In this document: positions 47,748 through 61,112 of the stretch, piece after piece
Layout of the letters: the number at the start of each line of letters is the position of its first letter
Position numbering within the stretch: the first letter of the stretch is position 1
Assembly (NCBI GenBank): GCA_963732385.1
Contig: CAVSZB010000006.1
Location: 32,001-96,000, forward strand
Length of the DNA stretch: 64,000 bases
Direction: 5' to 3'
DNA from: an uncultured bacterium
GTDB taxonomy: Bacteria > Krumholzibacteriota > Krumholzibacteriia > LZORAL124-64-63
Notes under the pieces: generated by a model
Databases searched by the model: none
What the model was told of the DNA's origin: nothing
Seen by the model: the letters and a program-made list of their open reading frames with translations, nothing else
Program-made: the position numbers and the translations under genes

Positions 47748-48526
47748 GCGTCGGGCTCCACCTCGGCGTTGATGATGAGCTTCCACTTCGCGCTGCGTTT
47801 CGCCGACGCGATGGGCGCCGCGCGCCGCAGCGGCGTGTAGCTCTTCGCCTGGTCCCGGACGAAGGGCCCGATCGTCCTGGCGAGCTCCTCATGGCCGACC
47901 AGTTCGAGGAGGTAGCCGAGCCGCTGGGACCAGCTCATGGGCGACAGCCGCGCGACATCGAGCAGCTTGCCCGCGTCGAGTCCCTCGGCGAGCTCGGCCA
48001 CGACCGTTGCGACGTTGCTCAGGCCGCCGGCGTGGCTCGGGTAGCCGACGAGCTCGAGCGCCGTCACCTCCGGGGTCGCGTAGCGCAGGACACCAAGCGG
48101 CGTATTGACCGTGGCGACGGGCATCTTCTCCAGATCGCCCCGGGCGATGAACTCGACCCGCACCGCACCACACGACAGCGCCGCGCGGTTCTTCCGTACC
48201 ATCACCTGGCAGGCCTGCGGCCGCTGGTGCGCCGCTCCGTGCCTCTCGGCCGCCGACAGCAGCCCGAGGTAGTAGGGCTCTTCCCAGGATTGCATGAGCT
48301 GATGGACGAACTGCTCCGCGGGCAGGCAGCCGAGCCGCCGGTACTCGGGCGGCACGATCACGTGGAAGCTCCGCGCGGGCTCGGCGATGAGCCCCCGCTC
48401 CTTCAACCGGCGAAGCTGGGCTCGCACGGCGGCCCGGCTGCCGCCGATCGCCCCCAAGGCCTCGTTGGAGCTGAAGTGGTAGCGCCCGTTCGAGGCCAGC
48501 TCTTCGATGTACTCACGGGCTCGCAT
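47744..48526 (-). CDS. AbiEi-type antitoxin / transcriptional regulator
   Basis: N-terminal wHTH, 'IVPPEY', 'YYLGLLSAAE.HGAAHQ.PQ', 'TPEVTALELV'; ATGA overlap with toxin. Confidence 0.9.
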   Translation of the reverse strand: MRAREYIEELASNGRYHFSSNEALGAIGGSRAAVRAQLRRLKERGLIAEPARSFHVIVPPEYRRLGCLPAEQFVHQLMQSWEEPYYLGLLSAAERHGAAHQRPQACQVMVRKNRAALSCGAVRVEFIARGDLEKMPVATVNTPLGVLRYATPEVTALELVGYPSHAGGLSNVATVVAELAEGLDAGKLLDVARLSPMSWSQRLGYLLELVGHEELARTIGPFVRDQAKSYTPLRRAAPIASAKRSAKWKLIINAEVEPDA

Positions 48527-48577
48527 GCGTTACGATCCTCAGTCATTATCACGTAAATGGTCATTGTCGCAAAGAAA

Positions 48578-48597
48578 CGTATCGCCCAAACGATACG
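48578..48597. promoter_or_regulatory. Inverted repeat in abiE promoter (candidate AbiEi operator)
   Basis: CGTATCG-CCCAAA-CGATACG in an AT-rich region ~50 nt upstream of abiEi. Confidence 0.45.
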
Positions 48598-48723
48598 ATT
48601 CATTAGCAATATAACGCAATGCTTTGCTTTTGGCAATAAATGTCTTGCGCCTGGCCGCCCCAGCACACGCCCCCCGATCTCCACGCCCCTTGAAGCCCCT
48701 ATTCGTGTAGTCAGGCAGCGCCA

Positions 48724-48798
48724 TCAGACACCCTTGTTCCTGTCGTCCCAGACCTTCGGCTCCCAGAGCTCGAGCTTGTTTCCGTCCGGGTCCATGAT
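48724..48798 (-). pseudogene. C-terminal remnant of a VOC/glyoxalase gene
   Basis: Reads 'IMDPDGNKLELWEPKVWDDRNKGV*' (DPDGN.xEL motif). Confidence 0.7.
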
Positions 48799-48799
48799 T

Positions 48800-49498
48800 G
48801 GGGCCACCCGGCGCGTTCTTCCAGGTGGTCAGACCCATGTGGGGCCGGCCCGCGTCGGCACGCGCTCTGATGACCTCGGCGGCGGTACGGCCATGGATGG
48901 CGAAGTGCAGCTTGTTCTGCACGGTGGCGAAGAAGGTCTGGCTGATGAGCAGCGTCGGGTCGTAGTCGATGCTGGTGGCATAGATGTCGGTGATCTTCTG
49001 GTAGAACATCCGCTCGGAAGCACGAATGGCGCGGATGCGCTCCAGCAGCTCGTCAAAGTAGTCCGCCCCAATCGTGCGCCCTTCCTTGAGCCGCTCGTCA
49101 TCCATCGTGAAACCCTTGACCAGCAACTCGGAGAGCCGCCCCGTAGCCCACTGGCGAAAGGCCGTGCCGCGCGCCGAACGAACCCGGTACCCGACGGCGA
49201 GAATGGCATCGAGGCTGTAGTGATCAATAGCGCGGGAGACGTCGCGGGCGCCCTCAGTTCGAACTATCCGGAAACTCCGGATAGTTGCCCCGGGATCGAG
49301 TTCCCCCTCGCCGTAAATGTTGACCAGATACTCGCTTACGGTCTTGACCGACACCTGGAAGAGCTCGGCGATCAAGCGCTGGGGCAACCAGACCGTGCGA
49401 CCTTCTAGGCGGACCTGGAGGCGCGTGGCGCCGTCCTGATAAATCAGGATCTGGCCGTCCGGCAGGATGGGGTGGGGAAGATTGGCGTCAGCCAGCAT
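48800..49498 (-). pseudogene. RhuM-family protein, 3'-truncated
   Basis: 'YSLDAILAVGYRVRS.RGT.FRQWA', 'KGFTMDDERLK', 'IRASER.FYQKITDIY', 'VQNKLH'; similarity ends after 'GLTTWKNAPGG'. Confidence 0.8.
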
Positions 49499-49501
49499 AG
49501 T

Positions 49502-49620
49502 CTACCCCTTCAACCTTTCGCGCACCACCGCCATCAACCGCTCACCATCGTCAAGGCGCTCCTCCAACTCCGCCGGCAGTATTGCTCACCTCTCGGTGAA
49601 TAAGCGGTTCAGTATCGTGT
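49502..49620 (-). pseudogene. Degenerate C-terminal remnant of a type I R-M methyltransferase (HsdM)
   Basis: 'FTER*AILPAELEERLDDGERLMAVVRERLKG*' resembles the HsdM terminal helix; directly upstream of rhuM. Confidence 0.5.
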
Positions 49621-49716
49621 CCAAGTGCTTTTCTGGGCGGGGAAGCCGATGCTGGGCGGCCAATGTCATCATTGCCATGTTGCTGGGCGGTATGGCGGGT
49701 ACTTGGGCGGTGACGT

Positions 49717-50331
49717 TCAACCGGAGTCGCCGCCCGGCGCCCGCACCAGTCGCGCCAGCCACAACACCAGCAGCGTCGCCACCGCCAGCAGGAAGGCGCC
49801 ATTGGCCTGGTGCGCCGTGGTGACGATGACGTCCGCGAGCGTGGGGGCTGCGTGGTTGGGGCGGTCGCCGGTGACGACCAGGGCGGCGACGCCCAGTGCC
49901 AGTTGCAAGCCGACCAAGATGAGCAGCAGTTTGCCGAGGCGGGGGACGGTCGGGAGGGTGTCGTGGATGGTCCAGGCGCGCACGTCGGTGATCAGGGCGG
50001 CCACGATGACGATGGCGGCGAACGACACGTGCACCAGCAGGCCGCCGGCGAGGTGGCGGAGGACGGCGCCCAGGACGAGTTGGACGATCAGCAGGGACAG
50101 GAGGAGGCGGGAGAGGCCGTGGTCGAGGGCGGTGCGCGGCAGGGTGCGGGGCGGGGAGGCGGCGCGCCAGGCGGGGGTGGTCACGCCGGCGAGGGCGACC
50201 ATTGCGCAGAAGAACAGTTGGCCGGTCACGTCGTGGACGATGGCCAGGAGCAGGCTGGGGGCGGTCTGTCGGGGGTCGTTGCCCATGGTGAAGTGGCCGG
50301 TGACGCGGAGGCCGCCGAGGAGGTCCTGCAC
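49717..50331 (-). pseudogene. Heme A synthase (COX15/CtaA) C-terminal fragment
   Basis: 'Q.LLGGLRVT', 'VH.VTGQLFF', 'QLVLGAVLRH', 'QLALG', 'TAHQANGA'; N-terminal part missing. Confidence 0.7.
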
Positions 50332-50577
50332 CTCCGCTTCACGGTACGTCCCGAGTCGCTGACGGTGCTGGTGGCCGCCGCGGACGCTCCGCGTCAGCCG
50401 CTGCCGATGTGTCAGGTGTTCTGGTTCGCGTGGCACGCGAAGCGGTCGGACATGTTGCCAGCATGCGCTGCCCGCACCGCCCGGAAAGGACAGCGCCCGG
50501 CCCCTGGCTGGGGACGGGCGCTGTCGCGAATGCAGGGACGGCGGCTTTGCCGGGTGGCGGGGCCGTCGCATCCTTTG

Positions 50578-51699
50578 CTAGTAGCCCACCATCGAGAAGT
50601 TCGAGCCGCACCAGGCCAGAACTTCGTTGATGGGGTTGGCGATGGCGGTGAAGCTGCTACCGGCGAACAGCAGACCGATCGCGTGCGGATTCGTGGCGAC
50701 GTCCTCCACCAGGAGCGAACCGGAGTCGCCGGAATACAGGAACTTGCTCGCCTGGTTGGCGATGATGATCTGACCGGTGAAGGTCTTCGTGAAGGCCGCT
50801 TCCCCGGCGCACTCGGTCTCGTAGGCGATGCTGACCGTGCCGTTGAGTCCGGTCACGTTGCTGCGGGTCAGGCCGGTCGTGCGGCCGCTCTTCTTGACGA
50901 GCTGGCCGATGAAGGCCGGGACGGTCGCCTTCGACAGCGTGCCGATCTCGAGGATCGCGCCGTCGGTGCTGACCATGCCGCTGATCGTCTTGGCGTAGGC
51001 GGCATCCACGTTGGCGGCCGGGATGCTGGCCATGGAGGACAGGGTCGCCACGTCCTGGGCGTTGGCGGCCTGGCAGCCGACATCGATCAGGCCGGGCTGG
51101 ATGATCGGATCGCCGATGGCCGCGATGCGGTTGTTGCCGCCGAGCTCGATGTCCATCGCGAACACGTGGGCGTTGCTCAGGATGTACTGGTTCGTGCCGT
51201 CGGTGAGCAGCGAACCGAGCGTGCCGCCGCAGCAGTAGCCGTTGGCCAGGTCATAGCGCCAGCCGCCGGAGGTGCCGAGCTGGATCGGCGGGGTCTGCTT
51301 GACAGTGTGCGAGGCGACAGCGGGCCTCATCGGCCTGATGACGCCGGTGACATACTCTAGCACCGGGAGACCATCGAGTTCCGTCGGCAGGCGGCCCTCG
51401 CCCAGCGGGCGGACCGTCAGCACGAGGATCGCCGGCTGGCCGTTTTCGGTCGCGCCGACGGCGGTGCCCACGACATCGGGCATGGCCATGAGGGCCGGGG
51501 TGTTGCGCTCCTGGACCACGATTGCCGCGGCCAGAGTCGGGTTGTTGGGGGCGAGAGCCTTTGCCTCGGACACGGAGGTCTGGGGCGCGATGACTGTTTC
51601 CTGATCCCTGCCGCAACCTGTGAACAACAGGCTGGTGATTGCCAGGACGGCGAGAAGCCCTGACAAAATCACCGTGCGACGAAGCCGTAGCTGCGTCAT
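50578..51699 (-). CDS. Lipoprotein with trypsin-like (Nal1-type) serine protease domain
   Basis: Lipobox 'FTGC'; 'GTLG', triad 'SNAHV' / 'VDAA' / 'GDSGS', 'KSGRTTGLT', 'GLLFAG'. Confidence 0.85.
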   Translation of the reverse strand: MTQLRLRRTVILSGLLAVLAITSLLFTGCGRDQETVIAPQTSVSEAKALAPNNPTLAAAIVVQERNTPALMAMPDVVGTAVGATENGQPAILVLTVRPLGEGRLPTELDGLPVLEYVTGVIRPMRPAVASHTVKQTPPIQLGTSGGWRYDLANGYCCGGTLGSLLTDGTNQYILSNAHVFAMDIELGGNNRIAAIGDPIIQPGLIDVGCQAANAQDVATLSSMASIPAANVDAAYAKTISGMVSTDGAILEIGTLSKATVPAFIGQLVKKSGRTTGLTRSNVTGLNGTVSIAYETECAGEAAFTKTFTGQIIIANQASKFLYSGDSGSLLVEDVATNPHAIGLLFAGSSFTAIANPINEVLAWCGSNFSMVGY

Positions 51700-51849
51700 G
51701 TGGGGTCCTCCTGCGCACAATACGGGATGCTAAAAAATGGCGAGGTTGATCGCCTTTGATCTTATCCCACCATCGAGAGAGCCGTCAAGTAATTGTGACA
51801 ATAGGAGTTCGAAATTGAACACCATTCGCGGCGCGGGCCCCGGCATTGT

Positions 51850-52362
51850 TCACGCACACGCTGTTTTCTTCAATTTCAGACGAATCGCGGACCGGCGGTC
51901 CGAGTCGTTTCCCACGGCGCGAACGGTGAGATTGCGTCCCTTGCGCTGGTAGACGATCCGCTGCGGAAAATCGTGCGCGGGGTTCTCGAATACGGCGCTG
52001 GTCCTGCCGGAACTCTTGAGGCGGTACGAGACCGCCGGCTGGCCGAGCGGGTGGACGGTCAGGACGAGTCCCTCCGCCGCCTCGCGGATCTCCAGGAACT
52101 CGGCGGACACGGTGCGATCACTCTTGACGATCCGGCGGGCGCCGACGAGCGAGCCGCCGGCCGGCCTGCTCCACTGTTCGTCGACAACCCCTTCCTCTCC
52201 TTTGCCTCCCCAGCAGCCCGACAGCCAGGCCAGGCTGTCGATCGAACTGTCGGGCCCCCGGACGCAGCCCGGAAGGGAGCCGGCGAGCAAGGCGACGGTC
52301 AGCAGCGCGGCAGCGGCCACGAGGGGGCGGGGCGCGGGGAAAACGGCGGGAAAGCAGCGCAT
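51850..52362 (-). CDS. DUF6265-like exported protein
   Basis: 'LAWLSGCW', 'EQWSRP.GG', 'VFENPAHDFPQRIVY'. Confidence 0.75.
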   Translation of the reverse strand: MRCFPAVFPAPRPLVAAAALLTVALLAGSLPGCVRGPDSSIDSLAWLSGCWGGKGEEGVVDEQWSRPAGGSLVGARRIVKSDRTVSAEFLEIREAAEGLVLTVHPLGQPAVSYRLKSSGRTSAVFENPAHDFPQRIVYQRKGRNLTVRAVGNDSDRRSAIRLKLKKTACA

Positions 52363-52508
52363 GGCAGTCACTCCGGATCGACGCATTCTCAAGGTCGGCA
52401 CGGGTCGGCGCCGCCCGTGCGGATGATACGACAAGCTGTCGCGGCGCGCCGCAGGAATCGCGGCCGCGGTCCGGTACGGCGGCGTGGCGCCCGGGGCATT
52501 GTCCGGAA

Positions 52509-52853
52509 TCAGGTCGGGCCGGTACGACTGCGTGTCGAGCCGGCCGATGCCGACGCTTCGCCCCTGGCTGGCAGCTCGCGCGCCACGAGCGCCATCGCCC
52601 GGTCGATGGGGATGGCTGCGATTCCCCGCGCCCGGTCCACCCAGCGGTAGCCGTGCAACTGGGCCTCCTGGGCCGCCTGCACGGCGACCAGCTCTGCGGA
52701 GCGTTGCGACACGACCTCGCGCCGGTACTCGTCCCGCTCCGCCCGGGCGAAATACGCCTGGAAAAAGACGATCGCCGCGAAGAGCAGGATCGCCGCCACG
52801 ATGCCGACCATGACGACGGCCGGCGGGTTCAGTTCGACCTTCTCGGCCTGCAT
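52509..52853 (-). CDS. Small single-TM protein, probable ACIII accessory subunit (ActG-like)
   Basis: One TM and 'L.GY.WVD...G...IPIDRAM'; follows actF. Confidence 0.55.
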   Translation of the reverse strand: MQAEKVELNPPAVVMVGIVAAILLFAAIVFFQAYFARAERDEYRREVVSQRSAELVAVQAAQEAQLHGYRWVDRARGIAAIPIDRAMALVARELPARGEASASAGSTRSRTGPT

Positions 52854-52868
52854 GCGGGGCCTCCCGGC

Positions 52869-54089
52869 CTAGGCGTTCTCGAAGCGCAGCGAATCGTTCA
52901 GGCGCGGATCGTTGACCGGGACCAGCGGCCGCCGGCCCGCCAGGCGGACGAGTCCGGCCGCCCAGAGGCCGCCCACGCCGAGCCAGCACAACAGGTCGAG
53001 CGGATGCAGCGACGGAGCGCCGGGGCCCAGTTCCGGCATGATCAGCCAGTACAGGTCCACCCCGTGCATGACCAGCAGCCAGACCGCCCAGAACGTCAGC
53101 ATGCCGCGGTGGCGCTTGGCGTAGCGCGACACGAGTCCGGCGAACGGTGCGATGAAGTGGCAGAACAGCAGCGACAGCCCCACCACATCCCAGCCGTTCG
53201 ACTGCCGCCGCAGGTACCAGGTCGTCTCCTCGGGCAGGTTCGCGTACCAGATCAGCAGGTACTGCGAGAAGGCGATGTAAGCCCAGAAGAAGGTGAAGGC
53301 GAACATCAGCTTGCCCAGGTCGTGGTAGTGCTCGGTCGAGATGATCCCGGTCAGGCGCCCGGAGCGCTGCAGTCCGAGCGACAGCAGCGTCAGCAGCGCG
53401 AAAAAGCCGACCACGCTGCCGGAGAAGAAGTAGACGCCGAAGATGGTGCTGTACCAGGTGGGGTCGAGCGACATGACCAGGTCGAAGGCGGCCAGCGTCA
53501 GCGTGAGGCCGTACACCACCAGGCCCGGGGCGCTGATCTTTTCCATCCGGACCGTGATGGCGGGGTCGGCGCTGGTGTCCTGGGCCAAAGAGCGCCGCCA
53601 GAACCACCGCGCCAGCAGGCTCCAGAGCGTGAAGTAGAACGCCACGCGGAGCGCGAAGAACGCCGGGTTGAGCCAGACCCGCTTCTGCGCGATCAGGTGC
53701 GCGGCGTGGCTCTCCGGAGCGAGCGGACGGGCCCAGCCGTAGAGGTTGGGGATCGCCACCAGCACGGGGATCGCCAGCAGCCCGAGCAGCGGCAGGTTCA
53801 TGGCCGTGATCTCGGCCAGCCGTCGCACGACCACGCTCCAGCTCGAACGGGTGACGTGCTGCAGCGCGACGAAGAACAGCGCGCCCAAAGAGAGAGTCAG
53901 GAAGTACACGAAGGCGAGGAGGTAGGAGAAGCTCAGACGCCGCAGGCCGTCGCCCAGTCCGCAGCCGATCGCCGCCGCCGCGCCCAGCGCCACCAGGCCG
54001 ATCAGTCCGGCCAGGCGGAAAATCCGCGGTCCGGCGCGGCCCAGGGTCAGGTCCGCTCCCTCGAGGCTCGTCGCTTGCGTATGGGACAA
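52869..54089 (-). CDS. actF: Alternative complex III membrane subunit ActF
   Basis: About 10 TM; 'MSLDPTWYSTIFG', 'HYHDLGKLMFAF..FWAY..FSQYLLIWYANLPEET'. Confidence 0.9.
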   Translation of the reverse strand: MSHTQATSLEGADLTLGRAGPRIFRLAGLIGLVALGAAAAIGCGLGDGLRRLSFSYLLAFVYFLTLSLGALFFVALQHVTRSSWSVVVRRLAEITAMNLPLLGLLAIPVLVAIPNLYGWARPLAPESHAAHLIAQKRVWLNPAFFALRVAFYFTLWSLLARWFWRRSLAQDTSADPAITVRMEKISAPGLVVYGLTLTLAAFDLVMSLDPTWYSTIFGVYFFSGSVVGFFALLTLLSLGLQRSGRLTGIISTEHYHDLGKLMFAFTFFWAYIAFSQYLLIWYANLPEETTWYLRRQSNGWDVVGLSLLFCHFIAPFAGLVSRYAKRHRGMLTFWAVWLLVMHGVDLYWLIMPELGPGAPSLHPLDLLCWLGVGGLWAAGLVRLAGRRPLVPVNDPRLNDSLRFENA

Positions 54090-54119
54090 AGGTCCGCTCC
54101 CGTTCGTTGCGGCGCGCGC

Positions 54120-54761
54120 TCAGCGCAGCGCCGGCTGCTCCGCGGGCGGCACGTCCGCCACGCCGGCGTTCTGGCTCCGCTGCAGGGCCCTGACGTACGC
54201 CACGATGGCCCAGCGGTCCTCGGGCGGGATCTGCGCGCCGTAGGACGGCATGCTGCGGACCCCGTTGGTTATCGTGCTGAAGAGCTGTCCGGCCGGCAAC
54301 TGCCGCACCACGTCGGTGTGGAACGAAGCGGGGGGCGTCCAGGTCCCCTCCTGCAGGCGGTCGGCGCGTCTGGCCACCAGGCCGTCGCCGTAGCCCGACA
54401 GCCCGTGGCACGGAGCGCAGAAGACGCGGAAACGCTCCTGACCGCGCGTCAGCAGGGCCGGCGTGACCAACTGTGGGGAACGGGTCGCCCAGGCGCCGTT
54501 CTCGCGCCCGGCGTACAGCAGGCTGTCGGCGCGCGATTCGCCGCGGGCCACCGTGTCCGCCGGCGGCAGACGCATGGCGCGGCCGTCGGCGAAGAGCGGG
54601 TTGGCCTTCTGCGCCTTGAATTTCGGCTGGTTGTCCAGGTCCGGGATGATCTGGACACGCGGCCTGGACGACGGGGAGGCGCGGTCCCTGGCGATCATCG
54701 CCAGGGGCACCAGCCCCAGCACGAACAGCACGATCAGCACGTTGACGATCACGCGCGGCAT
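54120..54761 (-). CDS. actE: Alternative complex III monoheme cytochrome c ActE
   Basis: 'RGQERF..FCAPCH', 'ITNG...MPSY', 'DRWAIVAYVRALQ'. Confidence 0.88.
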   Translation of the reverse strand: MPRVIVNVLIVLFVLGLVPLAMIARDRASPSSRPRVQIIPDLDNQPKFKAQKANPLFADGRAMRLPPADTVARGESRADSLLYAGRENGAWATRSPQLVTPALLTRGQERFRVFCAPCHGLSGYGDGLVARRADRLQEGTWTPPASFHTDVVRQLPAGQLFSTITNGVRSMPSYGAQIPPEDRWAIVAYVRALQRSQNAGVADVPPAEQPALR

Positions 54762-54765
54762 CGGT

Positions 54766-55338
54766 TCACTCCTCCACGGCCTCGACGGGACTGCCGCCGA
54801 GGGAGGCCAGGAAATCATGCGTCGCCCCGGACTCGAAGCGGGGGTCGCGCGCCTCGATGACGATGTAGAAGCGGTCATCCGTGGCCCGTCGGAACGAAGG
54901 GTGTTTCAGCAGGGGGTGCGACCAGACCGGCAGGCCGTTGAGCATCAGCATGCCCACCACCGTGGTGATGGCCGCCAGCAGGACCGTCAACTCGAACGTG
55001 ACCGGGATGTTCGCGGGCAGGCTGAAGTACGGCTTGCCGCTGATCAGGTAGGGGTAGTCGTGCACGTTCATCCACCACTGCATCAGCAGGGCCAGGCCCA
55101 GCCCGGTCAGTCCGCCGACCAGCACGAACCACGGCAGCCGCGTGCCGTGGATGCCCATCGCCTCGTCCATGGCGTGCACGGGGAAGGGGGAGTGGGCGTC
55201 CCAGCGACGGTAGCCCGCGTCCCGCACCTTGCGCACGGCCGTGACGAAGTTGTCCACATCATCGAACCTGATCAGCAGGCCATACAGCGCGGGCGTCCCC
55301 CCGCTGTCAGCCCCGGCGGCTTCCGGCGTAGCCGTCAT
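54766..55338 (-). CDS. actD: Alternative complex III subunit ActD (DUF3341)
   Basis: 'DAHSPFPVH', 'YPYLISGKP', 'IPVTFELTVL'. Confidence 0.9.
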   Translation of the reverse strand: MTATPEAAGADSGGTPALYGLLIRFDDVDNFVTAVRKVRDAGYRRWDAHSPFPVHAMDEAMGIHGTRLPWFVLVGGLTGLGLALLMQWWMNVHDYPYLISGKPYFSLPANIPVTFELTVLLAAITTVVGMLMLNGLPVWSHPLLKHPSFRRATDDRFYIVIEARDPRFESGATHDFLASLGGSPVEAVEE

Positions 55339-55380
55339 CGCACGATCCCTTCTGCGCTCTGCCAGTGCGCGCGGCGGGGC

Positions 55381-56821
55381 CTAGGACCGACGCAGCCGCG
55401 CGCGCTCGTCATGGATGTCGCCGTGGTAGTCGCCCACCGGCCGGTGCACGCCCGGCTCGTGGGTCGCCGCCGGCAGGACCGTCTTGACCTCGGCCATGGC
55501 GACCATCGGCAGATAGCGCACGAACAGCAGGAACAACGTGAAGAACAGGCCGACGCTGCCGGCGAGGGTGAGCAGATCCACCCAGGTCGGGATGAACATG
55601 CCCCAGCTCGAGGGCAGGAAGTCGCGATGGAGCGAGGTGACGATGATCACGAACCGTTCGAACCACATGCCGACGTTGACGCACATGACGACCGCCATCG
55701 TCACGACCAGGTTCGTGCGCAGCTTCTTCGCCCAGAACAGCTGCGGCGCCAGCACGTTGCAGGTGATCATCGTCCAGTAGGCCCAGGCGTACGGCCCGAG
55801 CGCGCGGTTCAGGAAGACGAACCGCTCGTACCCGTTGCCGCTGTACCAGGCGATGAAGAACTCGGTCGCGTAGGCGTAGCCGACCATCGTCCCGGTCGCC
55901 AGGATGATTTTGTTCATGCTCTCGATGTGATAGAGCGTGACGATGTCCTTCAGCCCGAAGAACTGCCGGCACGGCACCATCAGCGTTACGACCATGGCGA
56001 ACCCGCCGAAGATGGCGCCCGCCACGAAGTAGGGCGGGAAGATCGTCGTGTGCCAGCCGGGGATGGACGACGTGGCGAAGTCGAAGCTGACGACAGAGTG
56101 CACGCTCAGCACCAGCGGCGTGGCCAGGCCGGCCAGCAGCAGGTACGCCTTCTCGTAGCGGTGCCAGTGGCGGTGCGAGCCGCGCCAGCCCAGGGCCAGG
56201 AAGCCGTAGATGAGGCGGCGCCACTTCGTGCGGGCGCGATCGCGCAGCGTGGCCAGGTCGGGCACCATGCCGGTGTACCAGAACATCAGCGACACGACCG
56301 CATACGTACCGACCGCGAAGACATCCCACAGCAGCGGGCTGCGGAAATTCGGCCAGACCGCGTTGAAGTTGGGCAGCGGCAGCAGCCACCAGACCAGCCA
56401 GATGCGCCCCACGTGGATGGTCGGGAAGATCAGGGCGCAGATGACGGCGAAGATCGTCATCGCCTCGGCGAAGCGGTTGATGCTCGTGCGCCACCTCTGG
56501 CGCAGCAGGAAAAGGATGGCCGAGATCAACGTGCCGGCGTGGCCGATGCCGACCCAGAAGACGAAGTTCGTGATGTCGAAGGCCCAGCCGACCGGGATGT
56601 TCAGCCCCCACACGCCGATTCCCTTGAGGACCAGCAGCGCGATCATGGCGAACAGGACGCCGGTCAGCGCCAGCGAGATCGCGAAGGCGATATACCAGCC
56701 GCGTGGCGGGCGCGGACGCTCCACGATCGAGCACACCTTGTCGGTGATCGTCGTGAAGGTGTTGTCGCCCAGGATCAGCGGCGTGGGCCGCGTCGGGTCC
56801 TCGAACGTGTTGTCGATCTCG

Positions 56822-56841
<20 letters not shown>
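55381..56841 (-). CDS. actC: Alternative complex III NrfD-like quinol-binding subunit ActC
   Basis: '[25 protein letters not shown]', 'NFRSPLLWD', '[11 protein letters not shown]', 'MWFERF'. Confidence 0.93.
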
Positions 56842-60552
<3,711 letters not shown>

Positions 60553-60588
60553 AGAAATCCTCCGCTCAGAATTTTGCCTGGCCGCTCC

Positions 60589-60912
60589 TCAAACGCGGAA
60601 GGACGTTCCGCAGCCGCAGGATCGCTTCGCGTTCGGGTTGAGGAACTTGAAACCGCCTCCCAGCATCGCCCGCGAGAAATCGACCGTCAGCCCGTTGAGA
60701 TAGGGCGCCGATTCCTCGTCACAGGCGACCCGCAGGTCCCCCAACTCGAAAACACGGTCATTCTCGCCCGCCTCAGGCGCAAAGTCCATGCTGTATTGCA
60801 GGCCGGAACAGCCGCCGGCCTCCACGCCGAAGCGCACCAGCGCGTCCGGCTGGCTCTGCTCGGCCAGGAGCCGCTTGACCTCGGCCACGGCCGCGGGGGT
60901 CAGTTCTATCAT
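60589..60912 (-). CDS. iscA: A-type Fe-S cluster carrier (IscA/HesB)
   Basis: 'GGCSGLQY', 'NPNA..SCGCGTSF'. Confidence 0.92.
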   Translation of the reverse strand: MIELTPAAVAEVKRLLAEQSQPDALVRFGVEAGGCSGLQYSMDFAPEAGENDRVFELGDLRVACDEESAPYLNGLTVDFSRAMLGGGFKFLNPNAKRSCGCGTSFRV

Positions 60913-60972
60913 CGCGGAGCCACCTCTCCTCTATAAACATGAAGGCGGGGCGCCGGAAGCGGGCCGCCCCGT

Positions 60973-60997
60973 TAACTGGACGATTTTAATCCAGTTA
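60973..60997. promoter_or_regulatory. Palindromic operator, IscR/Rrf2-like
   Basis: TAACTGGAC-GATTTTA-ATCCAGTTA: 8-bp perfect inverted repeat with GAC-N7-RTC spacing, ~60 nt upstream of iscA. Confidence 0.6.
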
Positions 60998-61112
60998 TTC
61001 GCACTTGATAAGTGGTCCGGCCGCGAACGTCAACCCGGTCGTGGCGAGGGGGTGGCGCGGGCCCTAGCTTATGCGGCGCAAGCCGCCCATCCCCCCAGCC
61101 CCCGGGAGTCGC

